A stretch of 64,000 bases of DNA from Acutalibacteraceae bacterium (GCA_045639185.1 JAZUCO010000115.1:17573-81572); one strand, 5' to 3'; positions 1 through 10,442 are shown, numbered from the stretch's first letter. The notes: generated from the sequence alone by a model not told the origin. Translations and numbers: made by a program.

Positions 1-1
1 C

Positions 2-325
2 TCAAGAAATAATATAAGAGTTGATGTCAACGAGTATAAACCTCTTGTTGATCAGATATTAAGTCTTACTGCAGAAAAGAATATTTCACTTGAAATCAAT
101 GCTGCAGGTCTCAGACAGCCCATAAACAGACTTTCACCTGAGTTTGATACTGTGAAGAGATTCAAAGAGCTTGGCGGTAAATATGTTTCTGTTGGCTCTG
201 ATGCTCATTTTGCTCAGCATATAGCTGTCGGCATCAAAGATGCAATGCAGGTTGCAAAAGAAGCAGGATTTGATTGCGTAACTCTTTTCCAGAAAAGACA
301 ACCTGTTGAAATTCCAATTTTATAA
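2..325 (+). CDS. PHP-family histidinol-phosphatase-like protein, C-terminal fragment (5' end outside window)
   Basis: Frame 2 is open from the window edge to TAA at 323-325. My translation (...LEINAAGLRQP...YVSVGSDAHFAQHIAVG...) resembles the C-terminal GSDAH metal-binding region of HisJ/HisK-type PHP phosphatases. Confidence 0.5.
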   Translation, partial: SRNNIRVDVNEYKPLVDQILSLTAEKNISLEINAAGLRQPINRLSPEFDTVKRFKELGGKYVSVGSDAHFAQHIAVGIKDAMQVAKEAGFDCVTLFQKRQPVEIPIL

Positions 326-1712
326 TGGAGATGAACTATTTTTGTTTGAAGCTGATAAATATTTAGATAAAGTAAAGCGTGTTCATTTTATCGGTATTGG
401 CGGATCGGGTATGTGTCCACTTGCTGAAATTCTTCATTCCAAGGGTTATATTCTTTCAGGGTCTGACAACAACGAAACAGATACGCTTGCCAGAATCAGA
501 AATCTCGGCATCGATGTAAAACTCGGTCAGTGTGCTGAGAATATTGATGGTGCAGAAATGATTATATATACAGCGGCTATTATGAGTGACAATCCTGAAC
601 TCATAGCTGCAAAAAACAGCGGTATACCCACTTTTGAGCGTTCCAAGCTCCTTGGTGCTGTTTCCCGCAAGTTCGGCAAATGTGTCGCTATTGCAGGCAC
701 ACACGGTAAAACAACAACTACTTCAATGCTCACGCAGGTGCTTATAAATGCCGGTGCGGACCCTTCTGCAGTTATAGGCGGAAGATTACCTATGACAGGA
801 ACAAACGGCATTAACGGTAATTCAGAGCTGTTTGTTTGCGAAGCTTGTGAATATTCGAATACATTTCTTGAGCTTTCACCCTCCTGTAGTGTTATTCTTA
901 ATATTGATGAAGACCATATGGAATTCTTCAAGACAATGGATAATCTGAAAGAATCTTTCAGAAAATTCTGCGATCTGAGCAAAACTGTTATTTATAATGG
1001 TGATGATAATCATACGCTCGATGTTATCGGAATGCTTAAAGATAAAGAACTTATTTCTTTTGGTATTGATAAATCAAATGACTGGTACGCTGATGATATT
1101 GTTATGAATAAAGGTGCATATCCTGAATTTGATATATATTACAAGGGTGTCAGACAGGGCAGAGCCGTTCTTAATGTGCCCGGAAATCATAATGTTCTCA
1201 ACTCACTTGCAGCGGTTGCATCTGCAGTATATTCAGGTGTTGATGCTGCATCAGCCATCAATCTTCTTCCTGATTTTACAGGTGCCGGCAGACGTTTTGA
1301 GAAGCTTGCAGAAGTGAATGGTATTGATATTGTCGATGACTATGCTCATCATCCTGCAGAGCTTAAGGTAACGCTTGAAGCTGCAAAACGAATGGAATAT
1401 AAGAAAGTTATTGCTGTTTTTCAGCCTTTCACATATTCCAGAACAGCAATGCTTCTTGACGATTTTGCAGATGTTCTCAAAATTGCTGATAAGGTTGTTA
1501 TGACCGAAATTATGGGTTCACGTGAGAAGAATACCTATAATATATATACTAAAGACCTTGCTGATAAGATACCCGGATGTGAATGGTATAATACATTTGA
1601 AGAAGTTGCCATAAGAGCTTTTGAACTTGCAGAAGAGGGTGATCTGATTATCACTCTCGGTTGCGGTGATGTTTACAAAATCGCAAAAATGATTATTAAA
1701 AACAATTCATAA
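306..1712 (+). CDS. murC: UDP-N-acetylmuramate--L-alanine ligase
   Basis: 468 aa ORF. N-terminal HFIGIGGSGM...GSD Rossmann motif, GTHGKTTTTSM P-loop and DDYAHHP motif are typical of MurC. The start is uncertain (TTG at 306, no in-frame ATG nearby). Confidence 0.9.
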   Translation: MKFQFYNGDELFLFEADKYLDKVKRVHFIGIGGSGMCPLAEILHSKGYILSGSDNNETDTLARIRNLGIDVKLGQCAENIDGAEMIIYTAAIMSDNPELIAAKNSGIPTFERSKLLGAVSRKFGKCVAIAGTHGKTTTTSMLTQVLINAGADPSAVIGGRLPMTGTNGINGNSELFVCEACEYSNTFLELSPSCSVILNIDEDHMEFFKTMDNLKESFRKFCDLSKTVIYNGDDNHTLDVIGMLKDKELISFGIDKSNDWYADDIVMNKGAYPEFDIYYKGVRQGRAVLNVPGNHNVLNSLAAVASAVYSGVDAASAINLLPDFTGAGRRFEKLAEVNGIDIVDDYAHHPAELKVTLEAAKRMEYKKVIAVFQPFTYSRTAMLLDDFADVLKIADKVVMTEIMGSREKNTYNIYTKDLADKIPGCEWYNTFEEVAIRAFELAEEGDLIITLGCGDVYKIAKMIIKNNS

Positions 1713-1752
1713 TCAGAATGGTCGATGAGATAAAACTCATCGACCATTTTTT

Positions 1753-4299
1753 TTATTTCTCTTCTGTTGGTAATATAACTTTTGCTTTGAATAAATCTCC
1801 GTCAATACTCAGTTCAAGATTGCCGTTTTGTAAAATACAAAGATCTTTAGCTATTGATAAACCAAGACCGTTGCCGTCTTTGCTTCTTGATTTATCACCA
1901 CGGACAAATCTTTCTGTCAGTTCTTCAGGTGAAATATTCAGCGGTTCACTCGATATGTTCTTAATTTCAAAAACACTGTTATTATTCTCTCTGTAAACAG
2001 AAATATAGATTCTTGTTCCTGCAGCAGAATATTTTTTTGCATTACTGAGAAGATTGGAAAGAATTCTGTATGTTTTTGAACCGTCTGCAAATACAGAAGG
2101 TGCCGTTTCGGGCTCATTAAAAATGATTTCGTTACCGTTTTTCTCTATTTCGGGTGAGAATTCTGCAATAACCTGAATTGTAAGTTCAGACAAATTCAGT
2201 ATTGTTGCATTTATTGTAACATTTCCTGAAGAAACTTTTGATGCTTCAATCAGGTCTTCAATTAGTCTTTTGAGCTTGATTGACTGGTTATGAATGACAC
2301 CGATGTATTTTTTTGCCGTTTCATCTTCAATGTTGCAATTGTTAAGCAAGTCTGAGTATGAGATAAGAGACGTTAGCGGCGTTTTAAGGTCGTGTGAAAC
2401 ATTTGTGATAAGCTCCGTCTTCATCTGTTCATCACGGACCGCTTTCTCAATTGCTTCATTAAGAGCCTCTTTTGTGTTTGTAAGATTTGATGCAAGAATG
2501 TTGAGTGATTGCGGAATGTTTTTATTATTAAAGTTAACCGATTCATGTCTGCATGATGCATCAATGATTTTATCAAGATTAATGAAGTATTCTGATAGCA
2601 TAATAATGCATACACAGTTGAATACTATAAACAAAACAACTGCAATTATAGCCAGCATTGGTTCATATATATGCATTGTCAATATGTATATGCTAAGTGC
2701 AAGTATTGAATTTATTGAAAAATAACCTGCTGTCAGCCATATTATCGATTTCTGCATTTTTTTAGGTTTGTATCTGAATACAGATAATGATTTTTTTATA
2801 CCCGAAAGAATCCTCTTGTTTATTCTACTTATTATCAAAAAAACTTTTCGTGTCAGCATATTTGCTGTATATTTTTGTGATGATTTGATTATTCTCGCTG
2901 TTGATGTAATCCATTCTGTGAAAATAAGAAATACAATAGTAAAATATGTTGCAATTGAAGTGGGGCCGTAAATATAATAAAGTTTATTATATGCTTCAGA
3001 TGTACTTTCAAGTGCAAGTATTGAATAGAAAATACCTATATATGTCAGAAATGCTATGCTTCCGAGTGAAATCAGCACATGAATGTCAGTAGGAAATTTA
3101 TCAATAAATGCTAATGAACAACAATCTGTATTTTTTTTGTGTCCGCAAATGCACATTAATGCGATAAAGAATGCAAGCGACAATAACAATGAAACTATAG
3201 CTACTGTGATTGTTGTTGTTGCTGTATTGTCAAGCATATTCATATATGCTGAGTACATAAATGAATATGTGTCTTTAGTATTGTAAAGCAGATCATCGTC
3301 AATATAAACGTATATTTTGCTGCCTTTTATATCTGACAATGCATCTGTAGCAACATTTTTCATTTTTTCAGTCAATGTTGAATGTCTGAATCCTGATTCA
3401 TCAAGGCAAATATAAACAGGTGATGCAGTGCAACTGTTTATGAATTTAGTTTCGGTTGCATTTTCAGAGTTGGTCAGAGTATTTCCCGAATTGTCGATTA
3501 TGAAATATTTGAGCACATTAAGGTTTTCGAGTACATCTAAAGAATTATAATAGTGACTTTCTGCATTACCGACTTCTGTGCTGTTGATATCTAAGTATTG
3601 TGAAAGAAAAAGTGTTTTTATTTCATTTTTGCCGAGATTATAGCCATCGTAATTTGAAAAATTTATTATGCAATAGCCATAATTTGGGCTCATGTTTAAT
3701 GTGTATGAATAATGAAATTCAGTTTCTGTGAATGCTGATTGTCTGACAAGTGCAGAATAGTCGAGAAATTCAAGACCTTCACAGCTTTCAAGCACTTTTT
3801 TAGCGGCTTCAACGTTTCTTGGCATAGGATTTCCGTTTTTATCAGTCAGCGGTTCGCTGTTGGTTTGAGAAGTTACAGGTTCGGGAATATCAACTGCATC
3901 TGCCGTATATTCATAATTGAAATATGATTCATCATAATTTTCTACTGCATATGTCAGCTCGTTTTTGATAATTTCCGCTTTTTTGTTAAGGTAAACATCT
4001 ACAACTGCATCTACAACAGCATCTTTGTTTTCTTCAAAAACGTTTGCTACAGTATCTGCATTTCCGATTGATATCTCTCTTATGTGATATAAATCTGTTG
4101 TAAGCTTTGTGTAGAACCCCTGAGATGAATAAAAATCCGGGATTGTATTTCCGAAATATTCTTCAAAACCGTAGATCTCTGATGCCATAATAACTGTTGC
4201 TGTATTGAAAATAAAACAGAAAAAGAATATGGCAGAGAAGAGAAGACAAAGTGTCTTTGTCAACAGTGAATATTTATATTTTGTCAATTTTGTAGCCAA
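1753..4299 (-). CDS. Sensor histidine kinase with a large N-terminal extracytoplasmic domain and a multi-TM block
   Basis: 848 aa. HisKA H-box VSHDLKTPLTSL, N-box LLSNAKKYS and G-box DGNGLGLSIAKD. One N-terminal TM, about 330 aa of polar sequence, then several hydrophobic helices. TTG start overlaps the end of the response regulator gene. Confidence 0.85.
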   Translation of the reverse strand: MATKLTKYKYSLLTKTLCLLFSAIFFFCFIFNTATVIMASEIYGFEEYFGNTIPDFYSSQGFYTKLTTDLYHIREISIGNADTVANVFEENKDAVVDAVVDVYLNKKAEIIKNELTYAVENYDESYFNYEYTADAVDIPEPVTSQTNSEPLTDKNGNPMPRNVEAAKKVLESCEGLEFLDYSALVRQSAFTETEFHYSYTLNMSPNYGYCIINFSNYDGYNLGKNEIKTLFLSQYLDINSTEVGNAESHYYNSLDVLENLNVLKYFIIDNSGNTLTNSENATETKFINSCTASPVYICLDESGFRHSTLTEKMKNVATDALSDIKGSKIYVYIDDDLLYNTKDTYSFMYSAYMNMLDNTATTTITVAIVSLLLSLAFFIALMCICGHKKNTDCCSLAFIDKFPTDIHVLISLGSIAFLTYIGIFYSILALESTSEAYNKLYYIYGPTSIATYFTIVFLIFTEWITSTARIIKSSQKYTANMLTRKVFLIISRINKRILSGIKKSLSVFRYKPKKMQKSIIWLTAGYFSINSILALSIYILTMHIYEPMLAIIAVVLFIVFNCVCIIMLSEYFINLDKIIDASCRHESVNFNNKNIPQSLNILASNLTNTKEALNEAIEKAVRDEQMKTELITNVSHDLKTPLTSLISYSDLLNNCNIEDETAKKYIGVIHNQSIKLKRLIEDLIEASKVSSGNVTINATILNLSELTIQVIAEFSPEIEKNGNEIIFNEPETAPSVFADGSKTYRILSNLLSNAKKYSAAGTRIYISVYRENNNSVFEIKNISSEPLNISPEELTERFVRGDKSRSKDGNGLGLSIAKDLCILQNGNLELSIDGDLFKAKVILPTEEK

Positions 4300-4963
4300 G
4301 CCCCCACACCACCTTCAAATATTTTGGTTCTTTCGGGTTAATTTCTATTTTTTCTCTGATGTTTCTAATATGTACCGTGACAGTTTTTTCGGTATGGAAA
4401 GCAACTTCATTCCATACAGTTTCATAAATCTGTGTGCTTGACAAAACTTTACCCATATTGAGCATCAGATATTCGAGAATATTGAATTCTCTTGCTGTCA
4501 GCTTTACTTCGTCACCATCAACAGTCACAATCTTGCTGTCACGGTTAAGCTCAAGTCCCCCTGTGACTAAAGTGTTTGCGCTTTTTTGCATACTTCCCAA
4601 AGTACTGTATCTTCTTATCTGAGATTTCACTCTAGCAACCAGCTCAAGAGGGTTGAATGGCTTTGTGACATAATCATCAGCACCGAAACTTAGTCCTGTG
4701 ATTTTGTCAGTATCCTCGCTTTTTGCAGATAACAGAATGATAGGAAAATTGTATTTTTCTCTTATAATGATTGTTGTTTTAAGGCCATCGAGTCTCGGCA
4801 TCATTATATCAAGAATAAGACAGTGTAGTTCGTTGTTTTTAATTATTTCAAGAGCTTCAACACCATCTTTTGCTGTCAGTATTTCATATCCCTCGTTTTT
4901 AAGATATATACAGACAGATTCAAGAATTGCTTCGTCATCGTCACATACAAGAATTTTATACAT
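4274..4963 (-). CDS. OmpR/PhoB-family response regulator
   Basis: Receiver domain (ILVCDDDE...LDIMMPRLDG...KSED) plus a winged-helix C-terminus (LTAREFNILEYL...VWGLGYK). I prefer ATG at 4963, preceded by GGAGGG, over the ORF-track start at 4975. Confidence 0.9.
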   Translation of the reverse strand: MYKILVCDDDEAILESVCIYLKNEGYEILTAKDGVEALEIIKNNELHCLILDIMMPRLDGLKTTIIIREKYNFPIILLSAKSEDTDKITGLSFGADDYVTKPFNPLELVARVKSQIRRYSTLGSMQKSANTLVTGGLELNRDSKIVTVDGDEVKLTAREFNILEYLMLNMGKVLSSTQIYETVWNEVAFHTEKTVTVHIRNIREKIEINPKEPKYLKVVWGLGYKIDKI

Positions 4964-4970
4964 AATACCC

Positions 4971-5009
4971 TCCAAAATAAAGACCGTGATTTTATGATAT
5001 CACGGTCTT
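4971..5009 (-). terminator. Rho-independent terminator after mtaB
   Basis: 11-bp perfect stem aagaccgtgat/atcacggtctt (4980-4990 / 4999-5009). On the minus strand it is followed by UAUUUUGG. Confidence 0.55.
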
Positions 5010-5050
5010 CTAAATCTACGGTAATGAAAATATTAAGAAAAAGTAAAGAT

Positions 5051-6346
5051 TTATACTAATCTGCCGATGCAATAATCATCAGATGCTTCCGTGATATAAA
5101 CATCCTTTATCTTATTTGTAAGATTTTCGGCAGTTAATACTTTTACGGGAGTGTAATTTTTTGTGTATCCGCACTGGTAACCGTCTTTGGGGGTTTCAAA
5201 CAGAACAGTAAATACTTTGTCTGTATTTCGTGTGAAGTTTCGTGCTCTGATTTCTTCACAAACCTTAGTGAGTGCGGCTGCACGTCCTGATTTTATGTTG
5301 TTTGGAAGCTGTGAATCCATTTTGGCTGCTTTTGTTCCTTCTCTTATAGAGTAAGGGAAAACATGAACCTTATCAAATTCAATGTCTTTTACAAATTCTA
5401 CGGTGGTATTGAATTCATCTTCTGTTTCACCGGGGAATCCAGTTATTATATCTGTTGTAATTGAAACATCATCAAAGGAGTTTTTAAGGTTTTCAACAAG
5501 TTCTTTGTATTCATCAGCTGTATAATGACGGTTCATACGTCTGAGTACTGTATCGCAACCGCTCTGAAGAGAAATGTGGAACTGTGGGCAGAATTTATTG
5601 CATTTTGCAAATACATCCATCATTTCTTTTGTTATATGGTCAGGTTCAAGTGAACCGAGACGTATTCTTTCAATACCGTCTGTTTCTTCTGCTGCTACAA
5701 CTGCGTCGGCTAGTGTATAGCCGATTTCTTTGCCGTATGCAGAAAGATTGATTCCTACAAAAACAACTTCCTTAAAACCACCGTCTGCAAGATTCTTAAG
5801 TTCTTTTTTTATATCGTCAAGAGGTTTTGATCGTGAGCGACCTCTTGCATAAGGAATAGCGCAATATGTACAAAATCTGTTGCATCCGTCCTGTATTTTA
5901 ACAAAAGCTCTTGTGTGTCCTTCGAACTCGCTTATAATTCCACCATTATAGGTGATTTCATTTGTGTGCTGTTTAATATCGACTATGCAATTTCTTGATC
6001 TTTGCTCTTGGAGTCTCTTTATATCTTCAATGATGCTTTTGTTGTTATTGTTTCCGAGAATAATATCTGCATAGTCTGACAATTCTATTGCTTCATCAGG
6101 GAAAGCCTGTGGCACACAACCTGTAAGAATTACTATTGAATCGGGATTTTTTGTTTTGAAATGTCTTACAGCCTGACGAGTTTTTCTGTTACTTTCTGCT
6201 GTAACTGTGCATGAGTTGACGATATATACGTCAGCTTCCTGCTTTGCATCTGTAATTTCATATCCGTTCTGTTTGAGGAGTTCAGCAATTTCCTCGGATT
6301 CGTATTGATTAACTTTACAACCAAGTGTAAAAAATGCCGCTTTCAT
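5051..6346 (-). CDS. mtaB: MiaB/MtaB-family radical SAM tRNA methylthiotransferase
   Basis: UPF0004 N-domain (FFTLGCKVNQYESE...NSCTVT), radical SAM CNRFCTYCAIP motif and a C-terminal TRAM-like region. Start moved to MKAAFF (6346). Confidence 0.8.
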   Translation of the reverse strand: MKAAFFTLGCKVNQYESEEIAELLKQNGYEITDAKQEADVYIVNSCTVTAESNRKTRQAVRHFKTKNPDSIVILTGCVPQAFPDEAIELSDYADIILGNNNNKSIIEDIKRLQEQRSRNCIVDIKQHTNEITYNGGIISEFEGHTRAFVKIQDGCNRFCTYCAIPYARGRSRSKPLDDIKKELKNLADGGFKEVVFVGINLSAYGKEIGYTLADAVVAAEETDGIERIRLGSLEPDHITKEMMDVFAKCNKFCPQFHISLQSGCDTVLRRMNRHYTADEYKELVENLKNSFDDVSITTDIITGFPGETEDEFNTTVEFVKDIEFDKVHVFPYSIREGTKAAKMDSQLPNNIKSGRAAALTKVCEEIRARNFTRNTDKVFTVLFETPKDGYQCGYTKNYTPVKVLTAENLTNKIKDVYITEASDDYCIGRLV

Positions 6347-6459
6347 ATTATCACTTCCGAATACATTATATATATGTATAGATGAAAAATCAAGCATATA
6401 ATAATCTGCATAAGAATATAAATTAGCAACATTCGGACAAATTAGAAGGGAGACAGAAC

Positions 6460-7674
6460 ATGAAAAAGTTTGTTTGTTATATAATAATGTTTGTTGTTGC
6501 TTTTTTGGGGAGTATTGATTGTTTTGCAGTGAATATGTCAGTTGAAGAATTTGAAATGATTAATTCTGTATCGGAGCTTCAGCCGATTTTAGATGCTGCA
6601 GTAATGCTTGATGCTAAGTTGAATGTTAAAGCAAAGGCTGTTGTTCTTATGGAAAAATCAACAGGTAAGGTGTTGTATGCTGAAAATGAGCACGAGAAAC
6701 TTTATCCTGCATCAGTAACAAAGATTATGTCCATACTTCTTGTGTGTGAAGCTATTGAATCTGGAAAAATAAACTTACGCGATATTGTGGTCTGTTCTGA
6801 AAATGCTGCATCAAAGGGAGGATCTCAGATATGGCTTGAATCAGGAGAAACAATGACTGTTGAAGAGTTACTGAAAGCTACTTGTGTTTACAGTGCCAAT
6901 GATGCTTGCACATTGCTTGGTGAATATGTTGCGGGTAGTGAAACGGCTTTTAATGATATGATGAATTCACGAGCTTCTGAGCTTGGAATGATTGATACAC
7001 ATTTTGATAATTGTACAGGTCTTGACGATACAACTGATACACATCTGACAAGTGCATATGATGTTGCTCTTATGTCACGTGCATTGTTGAAATATGATTT
7101 TATAAAAGATTATACAACAATATGGATGGATTCATTGCGTGGTGGTGAAACAGAACTTGTTAATACAAATAAACTTGTCAGATATTATAGCGGAATTACG
7201 GGGTTGAAAACCGGAACAACGGAAAAAGCCGGATGTTGTGTGTCCGCAACAGCTGAAAGAAATTCCATGGAACTTATTGCAGTAGTAATGGGTAGTGATA
7301 ACAGTAAAGACAGATTTTCATCTGCCGAAACATTGCTTGATTGGGGATTTGCAAATTATGAAATAATAACTCCTGCACCTGAAGGAATACCTGAAATTAT
7401 TAATGTGCTTTTAGGTGAAAATGATTCGGTGATTGTGAAATACGATAAAATAAAACCAATTCTTATCAATAAAGGTGATTCTGATAAGCTAAGTTTTGAG
7501 ATAACTGTTCCTCAGGAAATTTATGCCCCCGTGAAGTCAGATGCAAATATCGGTCATATAAGTATTAAAATCAATGAAAAAATTGTTGCAGAGTATCCTA
7601 TTGTGGCAGATGAAGATGTTGAGGCGTTATCGTTTTTCAGTGCTATGCGAAAACTTCTTGTTTCGTTTTCCTGA
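6460..7674 (+). CDS. D-alanyl-D-alanine carboxypeptidase (PBP5/DacB-like, S11 family)
   Basis: Signal peptide, then SVTK (SxxK), YSAND (SxN) and KTGTT (KTG) motifs in the canonical order. Confidence 0.85.
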   Translation: MKKFVCYIIMFVVAFLGSIDCFAVNMSVEEFEMINSVSELQPILDAAVMLDAKLNVKAKAVVLMEKSTGKVLYAENEHEKLYPASVTKIMSILLVCEAIESGKINLRDIVVCSENAASKGGSQIWLESGETMTVEELLKATCVYSANDACTLLGEYVAGSETAFNDMMNSRASELGMIDTHFDNCTGLDDTTDTHLTSAYDVALMSRALLKYDFIKDYTTIWMDSLRGGETELVNTNKLVRYYSGITGLKTGTTEKAGCCVSATAERNSMELIAVVMGSDNSKDRFSSAETLLDWGFANYEIITPAPEGIPEIINVLLGENDSVIVKYDKIKPILINKGDSDKLSFEITVPQEIYAPVKSDANIGHISIKINEKIVAEYPIVADEDVEALSFFSAMRKLLVSFS

Positions 7675-7722
7675 TTCAATAAATTTTTTATAAAAAAATT
7701 GTATAATTAGTTCAAATATCTA

Positions 7723-7751
7723 TTGAAAAATTATTTTATTCATTGTATAAT
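7723..7751 (+). promoter_or_regulatory. Sigma-A type promoter upstream of pgi
   Basis: TTGAAA (7723-7728), 17-nt spacer, TATAAT (7746-7751). Confidence 0.5.
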
Positions 7752-7784
7752 AAACAAAATATTTGTTTGTTGGAGAGGCGTTAT

Positions 7785-9131
7785 ATGTCAATAAAACTTA
7801 ATTGTAAGTATCTTGACAGATTTGTTACAGATGCAGATATTGCAAATGTTGAATCTGAAATCAAAGATGCTTATGAAAAACTTTATTCACAAAAAGCTTC
7901 TGCAGAAGGTAATGATTTCCACGGTTGGTTAACTCTTCCTGAAGATTATGACAAAGAAGAGTTTGAGAGAATCAAGCTTGCTGCAGAGCGTATCAGAAAG
8001 GATTCTGATGTTCTTGTTGTTATCGGTATCGGTGGTTCATATCTCGGTGCCAGAGCAGCAATTGAATTCTGTAAATCAAAGAATTACAATGTATTGGTCA
8101 AAGATGCACCCAAAATCTTTTTTGTGGGCAACTCATTAAGCCCCACAGAAATTTCAGAAGTGCTTGAAATATGCAAAACTTGTGATTTTTCAGTTAATGT
8201 TATTTCAAAGTCAGGCACAACAACCGAACCTGCAATTGCATTCAGAATCTTCAAAGCTCTTCTTGTTGAAAAATATGGTAAAGAAGAAGCTGCAAAGAGA
8301 ATTTATGCAACAACTGATAAGGCAAAGGGTACTCTCAAAGAAGTTTCAGATGCAGAAGGTTATGAAACATTTGTTGTTCCCGATGATGTCGGCGGCAGAT
8401 ATTCAGTTCTTACGGCAGTTGGTCTTTTACCTATCGCTGCAGCAGGAATTGATATTGATGCTATTATGGCAGGTGCACGTGATGCAATGGTAGAATACGA
8501 AAATTCAGATGTTCTTAATAATGTATGTTGCCGTTATGCAGCTATCCGTAACATTCTTCACAGAAACGGAAAGAATGTTGAGATGATGGTAAGCTATGAA
8601 CCTGATTTCACTTTGATGAATGAATGGTTCAAACAGCTCTTCGGTGAAAGCGAAGGTAAGGACAATAAGGGTATTTTCCCTGCATCAGCAATTTATTCAA
8701 CTGATCTTCATTCTTTGGGACAGTATGTTCAGGAAGGTAGAAGAGAACTTTTTGAAACAGTTGTTGTATTCAATAATGCAAAATGTGATTTTGTAATTGA
8801 AGAAGAAGCTGTTGATAATGACGGTCTTAACTTCCTTGCAGGCAAGACAATGTCTTTTGTTAACACTAAGGCATTTGAAGGTACTGTGCTTGCACATACA
8901 GATGGTGACGTTCCTAACATTGTTCTTGAAGTTGAAAAGATGGATGAGTATAATTTAGGTTATCTGATTTATTTCTTTGAAAAAGCTTGTGCTGTTTCAG
9001 GATATATGCTTGGCGTAAATCCTTTCAATCAGCCAGGTGTTGAGAGCTACAAACGTAATATGTTTGCACTTCTCGGTAAACCCGGTTATGAAGAGATGGC
9101 AGCTCAGCTCGCTGAAAGACTTAACAGTTAA
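7785..9131 (+). CDS. pgi: Glucose-6-phosphate isomerase
   Basis: Firmicute-type short PGI: [23 protein letters not shown] and GGRYSVL motifs. ATG at 7785 is preceded by GGAGAGG. Confidence 0.92.
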   Translation: MSIKLNCKYLDRFVTDADIANVESEIKDAYEKLYSQKASAEGNDFHGWLTLPEDYDKEEFERIKLAAERIRKDSDVLVVIGIGGSYLGARAAIEFCKSKNYNVLVKDAPKIFFVGNSLSPTEISEVLEICKTCDFSVNVISKSGTTTEPAIAFRIFKALLVEKYGKEEAAKRIYATTDKAKGTLKEVSDAEGYETFVVPDDVGGRYSVLTAVGLLPIAAAGIDIDAIMAGARDAMVEYENSDVLNNVCCRYAAIRNILHRNGKNVEMMVSYEPDFTLMNEWFKQLFGESEGKDNKGIFPASAIYSTDLHSLGQYVQEGRRELFETVVVFNNAKCDFVIEEEAVDNDGLNFLAGKTMSFVNTKAFEGTVLAHTDGDVPNIVLEVEKMDEYNLGYLIYFFEKACAVSGYMLGVNPFNQPGVESYKRNMFALLGKPGYEEMAAQLAERLNS

Positions 9132-9162
9132 CTGTTATTATAAATGTAAAGGAGAAAAAATT

Positions 9163-9579
9163 ATGATTACATTACTTACCGGTACAAAAGGCAGCGGAAA
9201 AACAAAGAAGCTCATCGCTCTCATCGTTGAGGCAGCTAAGGCTTCAGCAGGTCACGTTATCTGTGTAGAGCAGAAAGACGCTCTCAGATACGATGTTAAG
9301 CCCAGCGTAAGACTTGTTTCCACAGATTATTATGATGTAAAAGGCTTTGATGCATTTTACGGTCTTCTCGCAGGTCTTTGCGCAGGTGATCACGATATAA
9401 CAGACATTCTTGTTGATGCAACTCTCCGTATCGGCTCAAGAGATATGGATGAACTTGCAGCATTCCTTGCAAAGGTTAACAAGCTTTCAGCAGAAGCTGA
9501 AACAAAGTTTACTTTTACAGTTTCAACTGAAACAGAAAATATTCCTGCTTCAGCTCTCGATTTTTGCGAGCTTAAGTAA
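9163..9579 (+). CDS. Small stand-alone P-loop NTPase, function unknown
   Basis: 138 aa. Walker A GTKGSGKT at residues 7-14 and a possible Walker B ILVDAT. GGAGAAAA lies 4 nt before ATG 9163. No terminator between pgi and this gene. Confidence 0.6.
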   Translation: MITLLTGTKGSGKTKKLIALIVEAAKASAGHVICVEQKDALRYDVKPSVRLVSTDYYDVKGFDAFYGLLAGLCAGDHDITDILVDATLRIGSRDMDELAAFLAKVNKLSAEAETKFTFTVSTETENIPASALDFCELK

Positions 9580-9663
9580 TTAAAAACGGCATAAATTCCT
9601 GCCGTATTGAAATATTTCATAAAAAATGGGCGGAAATTTAGTATATATTTTACTGAAAATATA

Positions 9664-9692
9664 TTGACAAAATATGTTTTTGAATATATAAT
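9664..9692 (+). promoter_or_regulatory. Sigma-A type promoter of yceD-rpmF
   Basis: Consensus TTGACA (9664-9669), 17-nt spacer, TATAAT (9687-9692). Confidence 0.6.
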
Positions 9693-9724
9693 ATTATCCG
9701 TTCGTATTATGGAGGGCTTTGCAG

Positions 9725-10207
9725 ATGAAAATTGAACTGCGCCGTTTTTTTGAGAATGATAATATCCGTCAGGATTTTACTTATTCTTTCAAAGCTGAAG
9801 ATGATCTGATTTCATCAGATGTTACTGTTGAAGGTTATGTAAAAGTCGCAACAGGTATTGTTTCATTGTCAGCAGAGGCGGTATTTGCTGTTTCGACGCA
9901 GTGTGCAAAGTGCGCTAAAGATGTCAACAAAAAGCTTAAAGTTTCTGTCAGACATTTTCTTATCGACAAACTCAACAATGAGGATAATGACGATTATATC
10001 GTTGTAGAGGATATGGTTCTTAATCTTGATGAGCTTATTCTTGAAGATATTTATCTTTCATTACCCACAATCTTTGTCTGTAAGAATGATTGTAAAGGAT
10101 TGTGTTCCATTTGCGGAGCAGATCTCAATGATGGGCCTTGTAATTGCAAGAAACCCGTTGATCCTCGTCTGGCTGTACTTCAGTCTTTATTGGATGACGA
10201 AGAATGA
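9725..10207 (+). CDS. YceD/DUF177 family protein (large ribosomal subunit-associated)
   Basis: Acidic, about 160 aa, with paired Cys motifs (CAKCAK ... CKGLCSICGADLN...CNC). It sits immediately upstream of rpmF, the conserved yceD-rpmF arrangement. Confidence 0.8.
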   Translation: MKIELRRFFENDNIRQDFTYSFKAEDDLISSDVTVEGYVKVATGIVSLSAEAVFAVSTQCAKCAKDVNKKLKVSVRHFLIDKLNNEDNDDYIVVEDMVLNLDELILEDIYLSLPTIFVCKNDCKGLCSICGADLNDGPCNCKKPVDPRLAVLQSLLDDEE

Positions 10208-10234
10208 TGTGTATATTATTAGGAGGTTTTCGAT

Positions 10235-10417
10235 ATGGCAGTACCTGCAAGAAGAGTATCCAGTACAAGAAGAGATAAAAGACGTTCAAACGTATGGAAG
10301 ATGGAAGCTCCCTCTCTTCAGAAGTGTCCTCAGTGTGGCGAATTCAAGAAGACACACAGAGTTTGTGATAACTGCGGTTATTACAATGGCAGACAGGTTA
10401 TCAGCGTAGAGGACTGA
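10235..10417 (+). CDS. rpmF: 50S ribosomal protein L32
   Basis: 60 aa: MAVPARRVSSTRRDKRRS...CPQCGE...CDNCGYY, the typical L32 zinc ribbon. Confidence 0.95.
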   Translation: MAVPARRVSSTRRDKRRSNVWKMEAPSLQKCPQCGEFKKTHRVCDNCGYYNGRQVISVED

Positions 10418-10442
10418 TTTCCTTTACTTTCTTGACATTAAA

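Noticed and set aside
9037-9162. Upstream extension of the small P-loop ORF into pgi
   Set aside because: It overlaps the last ~95 nt of pgi in another frame. ATG 9163 is preceded by GGAGAAAA and starts directly at the Walker A region.
10026-10409. 127-aa ORF spanning the yceD 3' end and rpmF
   Set aside because: It is an out-of-frame overlap of two conserved genes (DUF177 and L32), with no independent signals.
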